In this document: positions 1-12,559 of the stretch, piece by piece
Position numbering within the stretch: position 1 is the first letter of the stretch
Layout of the letters: each line of letters opens with the position of its first letter
NCBI RefSeq assembly: GCF_004010195.1
Contig: NC_057725.1
Coordinates: 30,165,871 to 30,229,870, forward strand
DNA from: Chiloscyllium plagiosum
Lineage: Eukaryota
Direction: 5' to 3'
DNA: 64,000 nt
The notes under the pieces: generated by a model
Told to the model about the DNA's origin: nothing
What the model saw: only the letters and a program-made list of their open reading frames with translations
Database searches by the model: none
Translations under genes and position numbers: made by a program

Positions 1-270
1 GTGCGGGGTTGTGGGACTATGAGGTTGGAGGTGGTGGATGGGAGATCCCCCGAGGTGATGAGGTTATGGACGGTCTGGGAGATAATGGTTTGTTTGTAGT
101 ACCTATCACATTTCCGACGCCCCTCCCCCAAGTCCCTCCTCCCTACCTTTTATCTTAGCCTGCTGGACAAACTTTCCTCATTCCTGAAGAAGGGCTTATG
201 CCCGAAACGTCGATTCTCCTGTTCCCTGGATGCTGCCTGACCTTCTGCGCTTTTCCAGCAACACATTTTC
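1..270. mobile_element. Penelope-like element fragment: inverted RT piece plus 3' terminal repeat with hammerhead core
   Basis: 1-92 on - reads QTIISQTVHNLITSGDLPSTTSNLIVPQPR (PLE RT N-terminal-like); 184-211 on + is CTGAAGA-A-GGGC-TTAT-GCCC-GAAAC-GTC followed by the GATGCTGCCTGACC..TTTTCCAGCA tail. Confidence 0.7.
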
Positions 271-969
271 GGCCCCAATACCATGCGCCCTAATTTTGCT
301 CACTAAATTAGGGCACAAGGTGCCACAGAAGAGGCTGCTGCATAAGATAAAGATGCATGGCATTACAGGCAAAATATTATTATGTATAGAAGATTGGTTG
401 ACTAACAGGAAGCAAAGAGTGGGAATAAATGAGTGTTACTCTGGTTGGCAAATCAGTAACTAGTGGTGTGCCTCAGGGATCAGTATTGCGACTGCAATTA
501 TTCACAATTTATATAGATGATTTGGAGTTGGGGACCACATGCAGTGTGTCAAAATTTGCAGATGACACTAAGCTGAGTGGCAGAGCAAAGTGTGCAGAGG
601 ACTGTGAAACGTTTGCAGAGGAACACCGATACATCGAGAGTGTGGGCAAAAGTCTGGCAGATAGAATATAATGTTAATAAATGTGAAGTCATCCATTTTG
701 GTAGGACTAACAGTAAAAAGGGCTATTACTTGAATGGTTAAAAAGTTGCAGCACTCTGCTGTGCAGAGGCACCTGGGTGTCCTTTTGCATGAATCAAAGG
801 GTTGGCATGAGGTACAAGTAATTAGGAAGGCAAATGGAATTTTGTCCTTCATTGCCAAAGGATTGAGTTTAAAAACAGGGAGGTGACGTTGGAGCTGTAC
901 AGGGTGCTGGTGAGGCCGTACCTGGAGAACTGCATGCAGTTTTGGTCTCTTTACTTGAGAAAGGATGTA

Positions 970-1630
970 CAGGGGAATCTCGATTATCCGAACGAGATGG
1001 GCGGGCACTATTTCGCTCGGATAATTGATTTTTCGGTTAATTGATTAAATGCCTTTCCTTGGGGGCTCGGAGTTTTTAAAGTCTGCTCCCAGTTTAGGAG
1101 ACTGCAGAAGCACACAGCGCATGAGGCCCCACCCCACCGCTCGCAAAACCTGTCCAAAACCATCCCCTAACCCAGTGCAACACCGCACCCCCGCCCACCC
1201 CCAACACCGTACACACCCGCCCCCTCTCCAGGGCAGCTGGACTGGACACCAACAAGACTGCTGCTGCAGCTGCTTTTGTGGGGTAAGTCTCCAAATAGCG
1301 CACGCACAGACAGACACACACAACTTTTTACTGCAACTTATTGACAGGTTCCACCTTTGCCCTGTATAGGACAATGTTGGAGAGATTATGTGGGGGGGGC
1401 GGGGGTGTTTAGGGTACACCCCTTGTAGAATTCCAGGGGAAGTGTGGGGGAAAGAGAGAGGGCGGGCAGACAGTCATTTGGAGACGGTGCCTGTTTAATC
1501 ACTGTAAACAAAAGACACGATCACTGTTGGAAACAAGTCTTTGATGTAATGTTTCTATCGGGACCTCGAGATATCCTTCGAATAATCCGATTTTTGGATA
1601 ATTGGTATTCAGATAATCGAGGTTCCTCTG
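970..1630. mobile_element. Non-autonomous Tc1/mariner (Tigger/pogo-like) MITE
   Basis: TA duplicated at 968-969 and 1631-1632; TIR CAGGGGAATCTCGATTATCCGAA vs rc CAGAGGAACCTCGATTATCTGAA; removing it restores the CR1 sequence aaggatgTActgg. Confidence 0.9.
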
Positions 1631-1821
1631 TACTGGAACTAGAGGGGGTACAGAGGAGGTTCACTAGGTTGAATCTGGAGTTGAGGGGATTAACTTATGA
1701 GGAGAGACTGTGTCGACTGGGATTACATTCATTGGAATTAAGAATTTGGGGGTGGGGGGAAAAAAAAAGTCTTATAGGAACATTTAAAATTATGAAGGGA
1801 ATATAGAAGATAGAAATAAAG

Positions 1822-2467
1822 AAGTCCTAATGGTCGTAGTAGTCTGGCTGTCAGTTCAGAAATGTTCTTGACGTATGGTAATGCGTCATGTCCTCATTCC
1901 GTTGTCTTTCCCTTAGGACTCATAACAGCACACAAACCAACAGCCACTCTCAGACAACAACTCACCAGGACAAAGGACCCGATACCCAACATGAGCAAAA
2001 CCAATGTAGTGTACAAAATCCCATGGAAGGACTGCACAAAACACTACAGGACAAACAGGAAGACAGCTAATGATCCGTATCCATGAACACCAACTAGCCA
2101 CGAAACGACACGACCAGCTATCCTTAGTAGCCCCACACGCAGATGACAAGCAACATGAATTCGACTGGGACAACACTACTATTATAGGACAAGCCAAACA
2201 GATAACAGCCAGGGAATTCCTGGAGGCATGTCACTCATGCACAGATTCTATCAACAAACACATCCGACCTGGACCCAATATACCAGCCACTGCAACGGAC
2301 AGTTGGAACTGATAACCGGAAGCGGCAGAGACAAACCACTATAAATGCTGGAGGAAACAACACAGAAGCGCTTCACAGGAGGCACCCAAACACTGAGGAT
2401 GTCACCTAGACAGGGGCGAAATGTCTGCAACACAAATTCCCGGCTCGGCGAACAGAACCACAACAAC
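1822..2467 (+). mobile_element. Penelope-like element 3' part (GIY-YIG endonuclease, frameshifted) with inverted 5' piece
   Basis: KTNVVYKIP.KDC.KHY.GQTGRQL.IRIHEH GIY-YIG motif; hammerhead-like core at 2393-2425; 1822-1883 reads LPYVKNISELTARLLRPLG on -. Confidence 0.85.
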
Positions 2468-2648
2468 TTCAGTAAACGTTTTTAAAGTAAAGATAGACTG
2501 TTTTTTGAACAATAAAGGAATTAAGGGATACTATGAGAGGGTGGGTAAGTGGAGCCGAGTCCACAAAAAGACAAGCTATGAACTTATTTAATGGCGGAGC
2601 AGGCTCAAAGGGCCAGATAGCCTACTCCTGCTCCTAGTTCTTATGTTG

Positions 2649-2736
2649 ACAGGCAGGAGGCTGGAGGAACACAGCAAGCCAGGCAGCATCAGGAGGTGCA
2701 GAGGTCGACGCTCTGGGTATAATCATTCTTCAGACA
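2649..2736 (-). mobile_element. Short Penelope-type terminal-repeat insertion
   Basis: Perfect 16-bp TSD cctagttcttatgttg (2633-2648, 2737-2752) around a GATGCTGCCTGG..tail sequence. Confidence 0.75.
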
Positions 2737-3649
2737 CCTAGTTCTTATGTTGGCAGTATGTGTAAACTAACTTAATGGTACACCAACGGGGAGGGGAGCG
2801 AAAAATGGTTTCAGCTCTCCAGGTCATCAGTAAACCTACTGACTTGGCTTACTGCCCAAAACTAATGAGCAACCAACAGTGGAGATATAGCACTTCAGTT
2901 GAATGTCTTACGCAGCAGATTACAAGATTCTCTACCAATACAAGCCATCACCCTGAAAACGAGTCGTTTGTGGCCGTCGAGACCAAAACCAAATTACCTC
3001 ATACATCCTGACTTGTTCATATACAAATTAAACTTTCCATATTTCAATGTCAACTAACCACTCATCATTGAAAGCATAATCTTATCCTAGGGTTTTCAGG
3101 AATTTGGATGCTCATCTCCATAAAAAGCCATCTCTGCCAAACATCAGGCACACAGATAAAAACATATTTACACACCAAGAAAAGGGGTAATTCAAAGAGG
3201 TGTTTTGCATCTGTATGTAAAATGTACTACCACTTAAAAAGCACCCCTATTTAAAATTGGCCATTAAAAACCACTACCATGGATACAAAATAATTTTAAA
3301 TTTCTTAAGTGAATTCTTCAATTTTGTTGACTTAGCAGAGGAAGATAATGGGTCCTCTGCTAATTTATTGAAAAATAAAGGCAGGGGAAAAAAGGCCAAT
3401 TTCTTTAAATCTGACCATCCCAAGCAAACTCCAGAAAATAATTTTGCTTTATTTCAGTTATCCACATAGAAATTTTTAAGGGAACTGATTATTCACTGGC
3501 CATTCCACATCTCAAAAAAAAAATTAGGAAATTGGATCATACCCACCCACAGAAGAAAACTAACATTTAACTGTGTTTTAAAGGTCAGATACTATGGCCA
3601 TAAATATCAAAAGCAAAAAGTGAATGAGCACATTTCATTGAAGCATGCA

Positions 3650-4830
3650 GAAAGAAAGGACATTGAAAATATGAGTAGCCATTAAGGCTCTTCAGCCTGT
3701 TCCACCATTCATTACATTCATGACTGACCATTCAACTCATCAGCCTGCTCCTGCTTTTCCCACATATCCTCAATTCCAAGTGCAACATCCAACACCTTCT
3801 TTAAATCATACAAAGTTTTGCCCTTAACTGTTTTCTGTGGTAGTGAATCTTGCAGGCTCACCACTCATCTCAGCCCTAAATTACCCCATATTCTTAGACT
3901 ATGACCCCAGTTCTGGATTTGAATATCTGGATGTTTCTCATTCCTTTTGGCTTTGTTTCCTTTATTTCTGTTTTTTTTTCAATTCCAGTTTCGTAATCAA
4001 GTATGTAACCAAGATGACATTAGTTATATCGCTGGAGGTGAGATGGTGCCAAAGATTGGCAGCTTTTGGTCCAGCAGCAATGACTTGGCAAAAGGGATTC
4101 AGGCCTGGCCATCACGCCCACAATGGAACACTTAACAAGAAAGACTGCAAAGCTGGACATTTTATTTATTCATTTTTCTTCCTTTATATTCTGTGTTTTG
4201 ATTATTTTGTTTTATGAACTGGCTCCAGAGTGGCAACACTATACAACATTTTCACTGTATTTTCTAACAAGGTACATGTGACAGTAAATATATCAAATAA
4301 TTTCCCGTCTTTGGGAAATCCTTCCTGCATTTGTCCTGTCTAGTCCTGTTAAAATTTTTGTAGGTTTCTATGAGAATCCCTCATTCTTAACTCCAGTGAG
4401 TATAATCCTAACTGATTCAACATCCCCTTATATGACAGTCCTGCCAACAGTCTGGCAAACCTTTGCTGCATTCCCTCAATAGCTGCTACATTCTCCCTCA
4501 GATGAGGAGACTAAGACTGCACATAATACTCCAGATGTGGCCTAATTGACGCCCTGTACAGTTGCAGCAAGGCATCCTTGCTCACTTTCACAAATCCTCT
4601 TGCTATGAAAACCAACATACCATTAAACCTTCTTTATCACCTGCTGCACCTACACGCTTGCCTTCAACGACTGGTGTACAAAGAAACAGGTCCTGTTGCA
4701 CATTTCCCCCTCTCAATTTATAGTTAATCATCTGCCGCCTTGCTTTTGCTACCAGAATTAATAAACTAATTTATCCATATGATACTGCATCTACCATGAA
4801 TATGTCCACTCAGTTTGTTCAAATCATAAA
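3650..4830 (-). mobile_element. Degraded CR1 LINE 3' part, with an internal insertion at ~3918-4300
   Basis: Reverse complement of CR1 RT C-terminus and 3' UTR (actgcacataatactccagatgtgg; cctgttccaccattc). Confidence 0.7.
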
Positions 4831-5034
4831 TACATTGGTTAGATGATGTAGCACTTTCCTACAACAGCTGTCAGGATTGTCTGTGATTCATTTTTAATAA
4901 GTTTTGTTTGATTAACACATTCAACAGGCTTTCAAATGACACTTCTTTAGCATTTACCAAGGCAAAATATTCTAATCACTTCAATTTTACATTTATCACA
5001 AAGTTATTAGGACAAGATGACTTAAAGCTTACCA

Positions 5035-5530
5035 AAGAGATAGGTTTTTTGAGTCATACAGCATGGAAACAGACCCTTCAGTCCAACCAGTCTATGCCGA
5101 ACATAATCCCAAACTAATCTAGTCCTATGCCTCCTCTTGACCCATAACCCTTCAAACCTTTCCTATTCATGTATCTACCCAAATGTCTTTTAAATGCTGT
5201 AAGGTTATCTGCATCCACCACTTCTTCAGGAAGTTCATTCCAGATGCAAACCACCCTTGTAAAAGGTTTGCCTCATTTCTTATTAAATCTCTCTCCTCAC
5301 TTTAAAATGTGCTCCCTAATCTTGAAATTCCTCATCTTAGGGAAAAGATTACTACCATTAGCTTTATTTATACCTCATTATTTTATGAACTTCTATCAGG
5401 TTGTTTCTAAACCTCCTACGCTCCAGTGAAAAAAAAACCCAGATTTTATTAATAATTCAAAACTTCTTTGCCGGGCAACATCCTGGTAAAGGATGAACCC
5501 TCTCCAGCTTGATACTATCCTTCCTATAAC
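5035..5530 (-). mobile_element. CR1 3' fragment
   Basis: catacagcatggaaacagacccttc 3' end signature; reverse complement of the 6500-6960 sequence. Confidence 0.8.
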
Positions 5531-5989
5531 TTAAGGAGCATTTTAAAGGAGGGAGAGGAATAGAAAGCTAACCTCATCACAATCACTATAGTTACCATCA
5601 ACCATGAGGTCAAGAGCAGCAGAAATATGGGAACACCACCAGCAAGTTACCCTTCAAGGCACTCATCATCCTGACTTGGAAATATATTACTGTTCATCCA
5701 GTGCTGTTAGATCATAATCATTGAATTCCCTAATAGCACTGTGAGTCTACCTGCACCATTTGGACGACAGCAGTTCAAAAAGGCAGCTCATTACCACTTT
5801 CTCAAGGTCAACTAGAGACGAGCTATAAATGCTGGCCCAGCATTGTGAAGTAAGAACGAAGAAAAACATCTAAATAACAATTTTCATTTGTATTTTGACA
5901 GGATCACAGCATAAAACAAGGAAGCTGTAGTAAACTTTTACAAAACATTAGGTTAAATTCCAACTGTAGTTTTGTGTTCAATTCTGGGA

Positions 5990-6970
5990 ACAAGAGGGTT
6001 TCTTTTCAAACTGCAGGCCTGTGAGCAGCAGTGTGCCACAAGAATCACTGCTTTTTGTCATTTATATAAATGATTTGGATGTGAACATAGGAGGTATGGT
6101 TAGTACATTTCCAGGTGACACCAAAAGGAGGTTACCTCGGATTACAACGGGATCTTGATCAGATGGGCCAATGAGAACAGGAGAGGCTGATGGAGTTTAA
6201 TTTAGATAAATGCAAAGTGCTGCATTTTGGAAAGGCAAATTAGAGCAGAACTACACACTTAATGATAACATACTGGGGAGTGCTGCTGAACAAAGAGACC
6301 TTGGAGTGCAGGTTCATAGTTCCTTGAACTCTCAGGTAGATAGGATAGTGAAGGCGGTGTTTGGTATGTTTGCCTTTATTGGTCAGAGTAAAGAAGTTGG
6401 AGGGTCATGTTGCAGATGTACAGGACATTGGCTCGACCACTTTTGGAATACTGCGTGCAATTTGGTCTTCCTCCTATAGGAAGGATGTTGTGAAACTTTA
6501 AAGGGTTCAGAAAAGATTTCCAAAGATGTTGCCAGGGTTGGAGGGTTTGAGCTGTAGGGAGAGACTGAATAGGCTGGGGTTATTTTCCCTGGAGTATTGG
6601 AGGCTGAGGAGTGACCGCATAAAGGTTTATAAAATCATGAGGGACATGGACAGGGTAAATATATAAGGTCTTTTCCTTGGGGTTGGGAGTCCAAAACTAG
6701 ACTGCATAGGTTTAAGGTGAGAAGGGAAAGATATAAAAGGCACCTAAGGGGCAACTTTTTCACAGAGGGTGGTGCACGTTTGGAATGAGCTGCCTCCGAA
6801 AAAGTGATGGAGGCTGGTATGATTACAACATTTAAAAGGAAATAGGAAAGGTTTAGAGGGATTATGTGCCAAATTCTGGGAAATGGGACTAGATTTATAG
6901 AGGATATCTGGTCAACATGGACAAGTTGGATCGAAAGGTCTGTTTCCATATTGTATATCACTATGACGCT
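5990..6970 (+). mobile_element. CR1 LINE 3' fragment
   Basis: Degenerate GVPQ..FVIYINDL; AEQRDLGVQVH; 3' end gggtctgtttcca..tatatcactatgac. Confidence 0.85.
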
Positions 6971-7174
6971 AATACAAGAGTTTAGGATCTAGGCAACTGC
7001 CAGAACAGAGCTGAAAACTGGTGATATGTAAGTGGCATACTTATCACGTTACTAATATGTAAAATTTCCATATTAAGGAATCAAATATTACATTTTAATG
7101 TAATCTTACAACCCGATAGAGAATATCAACAACTCTGGATGCAGTGATGCTAACATGCTAAATGACAACCTAAT

Positions 7175-7494
7175 AGCACGGCACAGTGGTTAGCACTGCT
7201 GCCTCACAGCGCCAGAGACCCGGGTCCAATTCCCGCCTCAGGCGACTGACTTTGTGGAGTTTGCACGTTCTCCCCGTGTCTGCGTGGGTTTCCTCCGGGT
7301 GCTCCGGTTTCCTGCCACAGTCCAAAAGATGTGCAGGTCAGGTGAACTGGCCGTGCTAAATTGCCCATAGTGTTAGGTAAGGGGTAGATGTAGGGGTATG
7401 GGTGGGTTACGCTTTGGCGGGTCGGTGTGGACTTGTTGGCCCGAAGGGCCTGTTTCCACACTGTAATGTAATCTAATCTAATCTAATCTAATCT
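7175..7494 (+). mobile_element. tRNA-derived shark V-SINE (HE1-like)
   Basis: A/B boxes (ggcacagtggttagcactg..gggtccaattccc), V-domain tgtggagtttgcacgttctcccc, CR1-like tail and (TAATC)n. Confidence 0.9.
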
Positions 7495-10481
7495 AGCACC
7501 TATCCAACAGTTTGCATCAAACATTTCCATCTTGTCAGTTTATGAAAGAAAACAATTTTTTACAATAAATTTCTACAACATGGGAACGGAAATTATGTTC
7601 CAATAAGCTTTGACATGTTAGAAAATACTAGGAACTTAGAAATGGCTGTACACCAGGCAAATTTCAGTGTCCTATCACTAATCCCAGCTTGAGGAAACAT
7701 CTACAGAATAAATATAGCATTGACCAGATTTGAGCTACTTACTGGACCTTTTTTCCAGCCGCAACATGAAATTTGCAGCTTAAAAACTGAAATGCATTTA
7801 TATAGTGCCTATCATATCTGCAAAGTCCCAAAATGCTGTAATATTTAAAATATAATCAGTGCTGCTATACCACAGTACTTTCTCACAAACAGTATAGAGA
7901 TATTATCAGCAGACCTGTTTCTCTTGGCATTGAATGTCAGACAAATGCTGGTCAGTTTACTAAGAGCATTGCCAGGTTGCTTCCAGTGGTACTAAAGGAA
8001 CTTTTACAACCAACTGAATTGTCAAACTGATCATCGGAAAGCCAGCAACTCAAACAATACACAACTTGCTCAGAACTATACTGCAATACCATCCTAGATG
8101 GAGTCTTCAAATTCATCAAGTGAGCTTGACCCAAAATTTAATTTAGACAAGTGTTAAGCTCCAACACTTCCACTAATTGATGGGTTGAGCTTTTCTTAAT
8201 TTTGGGAGGGGGGGGGGGGGAGCGCAAGAGGGAGATAGAGGGACAAGTAAGCAAGAATGAAAGAATGAGGCAAATGATCTGTATTGAACATGTAGCAATG
8301 CCAACTTCACATCAAAATTAAGAACATAAGAAAAACGTAGTCATTCAGCCATCAAACTTGGCTGTGTTACTCATAAGATAATGTCTCACATAATTGTGAC
8401 CTTAACTTGAGTTTCCAATCATTCTTAATTTTTGATTCCCTTATACTGTAAATCAAAAATACAATTCAGCATTAAATATATTCAAGAGCCCAATCCCCAT
8501 CGCTCTATCAGGTCGTGAACTCCAGGGATGAACAATCTCAAAAATGAGTTCTTCTTCTTCACTGTCTTAAATGACAAACATTTTAATACTAAAATTACTT
8601 TTCCTAGTTTCAAATTCCTCCAGAAGGGAAAATATCCTGTCAGCATCTGTTAAGCTACCTCAGAATCTTGTGTTCTAATAAAATTACCACCAATCCTTCT
8701 AAATTGTAATGAATGCTGGCAAATCTCTGTTCAACCTTAACTTAAAGAACTCCTTCATCTGAAGAACCGAAGTATATTGTTCAGTAATCTTACTTTTACA
8801 TCTTAACTACAGGCTCGGTGCAAGAATGGGGGAGAAAAAAAAAGAGAAAATGTATATTGGAAACAATTTGTAAAGCATGAATAGGAATATGGCCACATAA
8901 CATAACCTGAAAATGAAGTTGCAGGTTTTTTGACTCAAGAATATTGCTACAATGTCACTGAGGCTCAAGTGTGAGGCAATAAATAATTTGCTGATAGTAT
9001 TGATAAGAAATATTACAAATGGTGCAATGAGTTTCAGAGAGACATTTTGATTTGGGTGACAGAGCAGAATCAAGGATTATATGTACATTATATGATAAAT
9101 TCAAAAGACAATTCATCAGAATAACCCAGAGTGGTCAGAATGTGGAACGTGCCACCACAGAGAGCAATTCAAGTGAATAGCAGAAATGCATTTAAGGGAA
9201 AATTACATAAATACAAAAGAGAAATGAATAAAATAGCATTCTGATAGGCAGAGGAAGAAGGGTGATGAGAAAATTTGTGTGGAACATAAACACTAGAATG
9301 GATTGGTTGGAAACATCCATAAACATGCATTTGATGAAAACATAACCCTGGCATGTCAAACCTCATGGCAAAATTATTTTCATTGTCAAATCTTCCATAA
9401 AAATGACCTTCCCCATTCTCCATCATACTTTTGTGTTCTTTCTCCAGTTTTCAGATCAAACATGAAGTTCTTTCTGAGCCCAATCATTACATCATTTTTA
9501 AAATGGGGAAGCCAAAACTGCATGAAATCCAACAGTATGTGGAAATCATCATCTTTCACACAGCTTAGTATATGCTACCTTATTGTTTTATTCCAAGCTG
9601 TCAACAGCTGATCCCTGCTATACAGATTCATATACTTAGCCATTTATTTCCTTAGTATCTCTTTACAGTTTTTGGATGATCTTACATTTATACTGCACAC
9701 GAAAATATCTTCACAGTAAGATGGCAATGGCATTGCACCTAAATCTTTACTGTAAAAGCAGCTTTGACCCCAAAATACTGAAAGATCAGAAATTATCTAC
9801 ATTAATTATTACATAAAGTTACATTTTGCTTCTGCAAAATATTAGCAAATATTTTGAGGGGTACTTTTTCTAATGTCACTATTTTCCTTCAGATAACTTC
9901 CCGCTTGGCAGCAAATGGAATAGAGTGTCAAATAGAAGATCATATTTCACTTACTCTCATAACTCCTCAATATTAACAATATTTTCACAACTAGCACACA
10001 CCACTATGAATGTTATCATTTCTAATCAACATAAACAACAGCAGAAATATGATCAAATGTTAACTGCCCTGGTTCTGCAAGACTTTGCTATCATATTCTC
10101 AATGTGTTACTGATAGCTAATAAATGGAACAAGTTATAGTATCTGTTAAATATACAGTTTGCGGCACATTTCTTTTCCACTGCAACTATCACCAACAGAA
10201 TTTATATAATTAAACTCCACCTTCACATAGCTTGTTACAGACAGTCTTTTCCCAGTGGATTACAACATCAGTGCATCAAAAGTTTGTATCTACACAGCAT
10301 CTTTTTTTGCTTTTGTGCACTATTTTGCTTATTTCCCCATACTTCTGGACAGCAGCATTACGCAAAAAGCCAAATGACTTTAGCTCTCTGCACAAAGTGT
10401 CTCCAGCAGTTATGTACTGTGCCTCCTGGTGACAACATCTGGAACTCTAAACAGTTTTTAGCCCCCTTATTTAAAGGAAGA

Positions 10482-11070
10482 TACCCAGGTAGTTCTCCTA
10501 TAATGCCGTAGTTGCATTCCAGCGAAACCTCACTTAATAGAAAACCATTGGGCCTGTGGGAAAAGTGGGGTTAGGGACCGACCAGTTTTTTAAATATCGC
10601 CTATTTTCGATCAAAAATCAACTAAAGGTCTCATGCAAAGTACAGCACAGCCTGAATGAAGGTTCAAAACATACTTATTAATGAAACAAAAGTAAATTTA
10701 ACACAGTACGTTTAAAAAATGTAAGAAAGCTGCTCTCTATATGGCATCTCTCTCAGAAAGCTGTTCTGTCGGCAGCTGACATCGGTGCATGTGCAGAACG
10801 ACACAAAGTTTGATGCTGATATCGCAGATGCACAGAAAGGGGCAGAGACTTGAAACAGACATCGCGCACGCACAGAACTACGCAGAGACTTTGAGGCATG
10901 CGCAGAACTGCACAATAACTGTCACCAATGTTGCACATGCACAGTACAGTAAGAACATCAGCGCATGTGCAAAACGGTACAGAGATATCGGCGTACACAT
11001 TGGCCAACTATAGAACCCAATTCCCGCTGAAATCGCACTATTGCCAACAGCGGTAAGCGTTATCCAAAAC
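10482..11070. mobile_element. Probable degenerate Tigger-like MITE containing a GCGCATGCGC repeat array
   Basis: Left end caggtagttctcctataatgc resembles rc of right end gcgttatccaaaacactact; repeat array at 10775-11000. Confidence 0.5.
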
Positions 11071-11139
11071 ACTACTCCCTAATTCTTCAGTGACATTATA
11101 GTCAAATCGCACTGCCAAAACGTGCGTTAGCCCAGATCG

Positions 11140-11580
11140 CGACTTAATTGGAGGTAGTTCAGGGGAGGTTCACTAGGAGGATCGTCGGTAACTGTCTCAC
11201 GAGCACAGGTTAAACAGGTTAAGACTCTACCCACTAAAGTTGACTTCATTAAAAATTCTATGTTTTAAGGGATCTGACAGAGTAAATGCTAACATGCTTT
11301 CCCTCATGGGAAAATATAGAATAAGAGGGCATAGTCACAGAATAAAGGGGTGCCAATTTAAGATTGAAATGAGGAATTGCTTCTTGCAGAGGGTTGAGTG
11401 GCTTTGGAATTCCCTCCCAGAGACAGCAGTGGGGCAGAGTCCTTGTTTATATTTAAGGTTAAGACAGGTTCTTGATCAGTAAGGAAACAGGCAGGAAAGT
11501 GAATGTGAGGAATGTCGGTTCAGCCACGATCCCACCGAATGGCTGAGCAGACTTGACGGGCAGAACAGCCTACTCCGTTC
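11140..11580 (+). mobile_element. CR1 3' fragment
   Basis: RIRGHSHRIKG..FKIEMRNCFLQRV..WNSLP CR1 C-terminal motif. Confidence 0.8.
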
Positions 11581-12559
11581 GGCCTCTGGATATGCAGTGA
11601 TTCAGATTCACAATGTTACGTGGTCATATCTCTGTTCATGTGGGCACATCCTATTCAATCAAACTTCCAGCCGTGACAATAACTCCACTGTATTGTGGAT
11701 ATATCAGAAAATGTGAAGGTTAAAGGAGTAAACCTTGTCAAAAAATCTGAAGCAGAGGTCAAAATTAAACTGATTTCTAAGTACATAATTTTTCTGTCAA
11801 TTTCTGTAAAGCTACCACCCTTTCCACTGGCTTCTTTGTATCCCAAGGACTCATCAAGTCAAGAGGAGGAACCTAATGCTTGAGCAGCCCAGGGTCTGCA
11901 CAAATCACACCAGACAAGCTACTCCACTCAACATAGGGGACAAGAGCTAAGTGTTTAAGCCAATCAACTTGGGTTTGAGAACAGAGACTTCGTTCTCTGG
12001 GAGTGGGAGGGATCCCCACATCCTACTAGTTAGTCAGCACCCAACCCAAGGGACTTGTAAGGTGCTAATGTGCCACAGTCCACCTGCTTCAATAGGTGAT
12101 TGCAATTTAGAGTTACAATCTGCTCAACATGTCATCAGAATTCATTGCACCAGATAAACAAACAAACAAGGTAGATGGTAATTCTTCAATGAGAAACTAG
12201 TACGTGAGGACCATATGCGCAGGATTGGTAGAAAATTTGAATCTATGTGGTTTTTGAGCAAAGATGTGGTTTTAGATCAATATCATTGTACAATAATTGT
12301 CGTCAACATAAAACTTGATAGGCTGAACTTCCACACAATATTCTTACATGAGATCCCACTACCAAAAAAAATTGTTTTGGCAGGGTAAAGTTAATTGTAA
12401 ATGTTTAACAAGCATTGATCTTCACTAAAAAAATTGTTTCTCTTTACGATACAATTCCTCATTCATATGGTTCAGATCACATTGCATGCATCTGCCTCTC
12501 AACTTAAAAAGGGTCAGATAATCTCCTGATTGTATATGCTTAACACCGTGCTTGACTCT

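Larger units (their letters stand above)
310..2648 (+). mobile_element. CR1 LINE 3' portion, interrupted by a MITE (970-1630) and a Penelope element (~1822-2467)
   Basis: SGVPQGSVL..LFTIYIDDL..SKFADDTKL RT motifs (429-671); LEGVQRRFTRL..GLTYEERL; CR1-type 3' UTR. Confidence 0.9.

Noticed and set aside
2998-3070. Intronic C/D snoRNA (ATGATGA on -)
   Set aside because: No terminal CTGA box or closing stem at a suitable distance
7742-7790. Possible small - strand exon with AG/GTAAGT boundaries
   Set aside because: Length not a multiple of three and no similarity to USP47; no supporting evidence
10775-11000. CRISPR-like repeat-spacer array
   Set aside because: Eukaryotic context, degenerate repeats, irregular spacers and no cas genes
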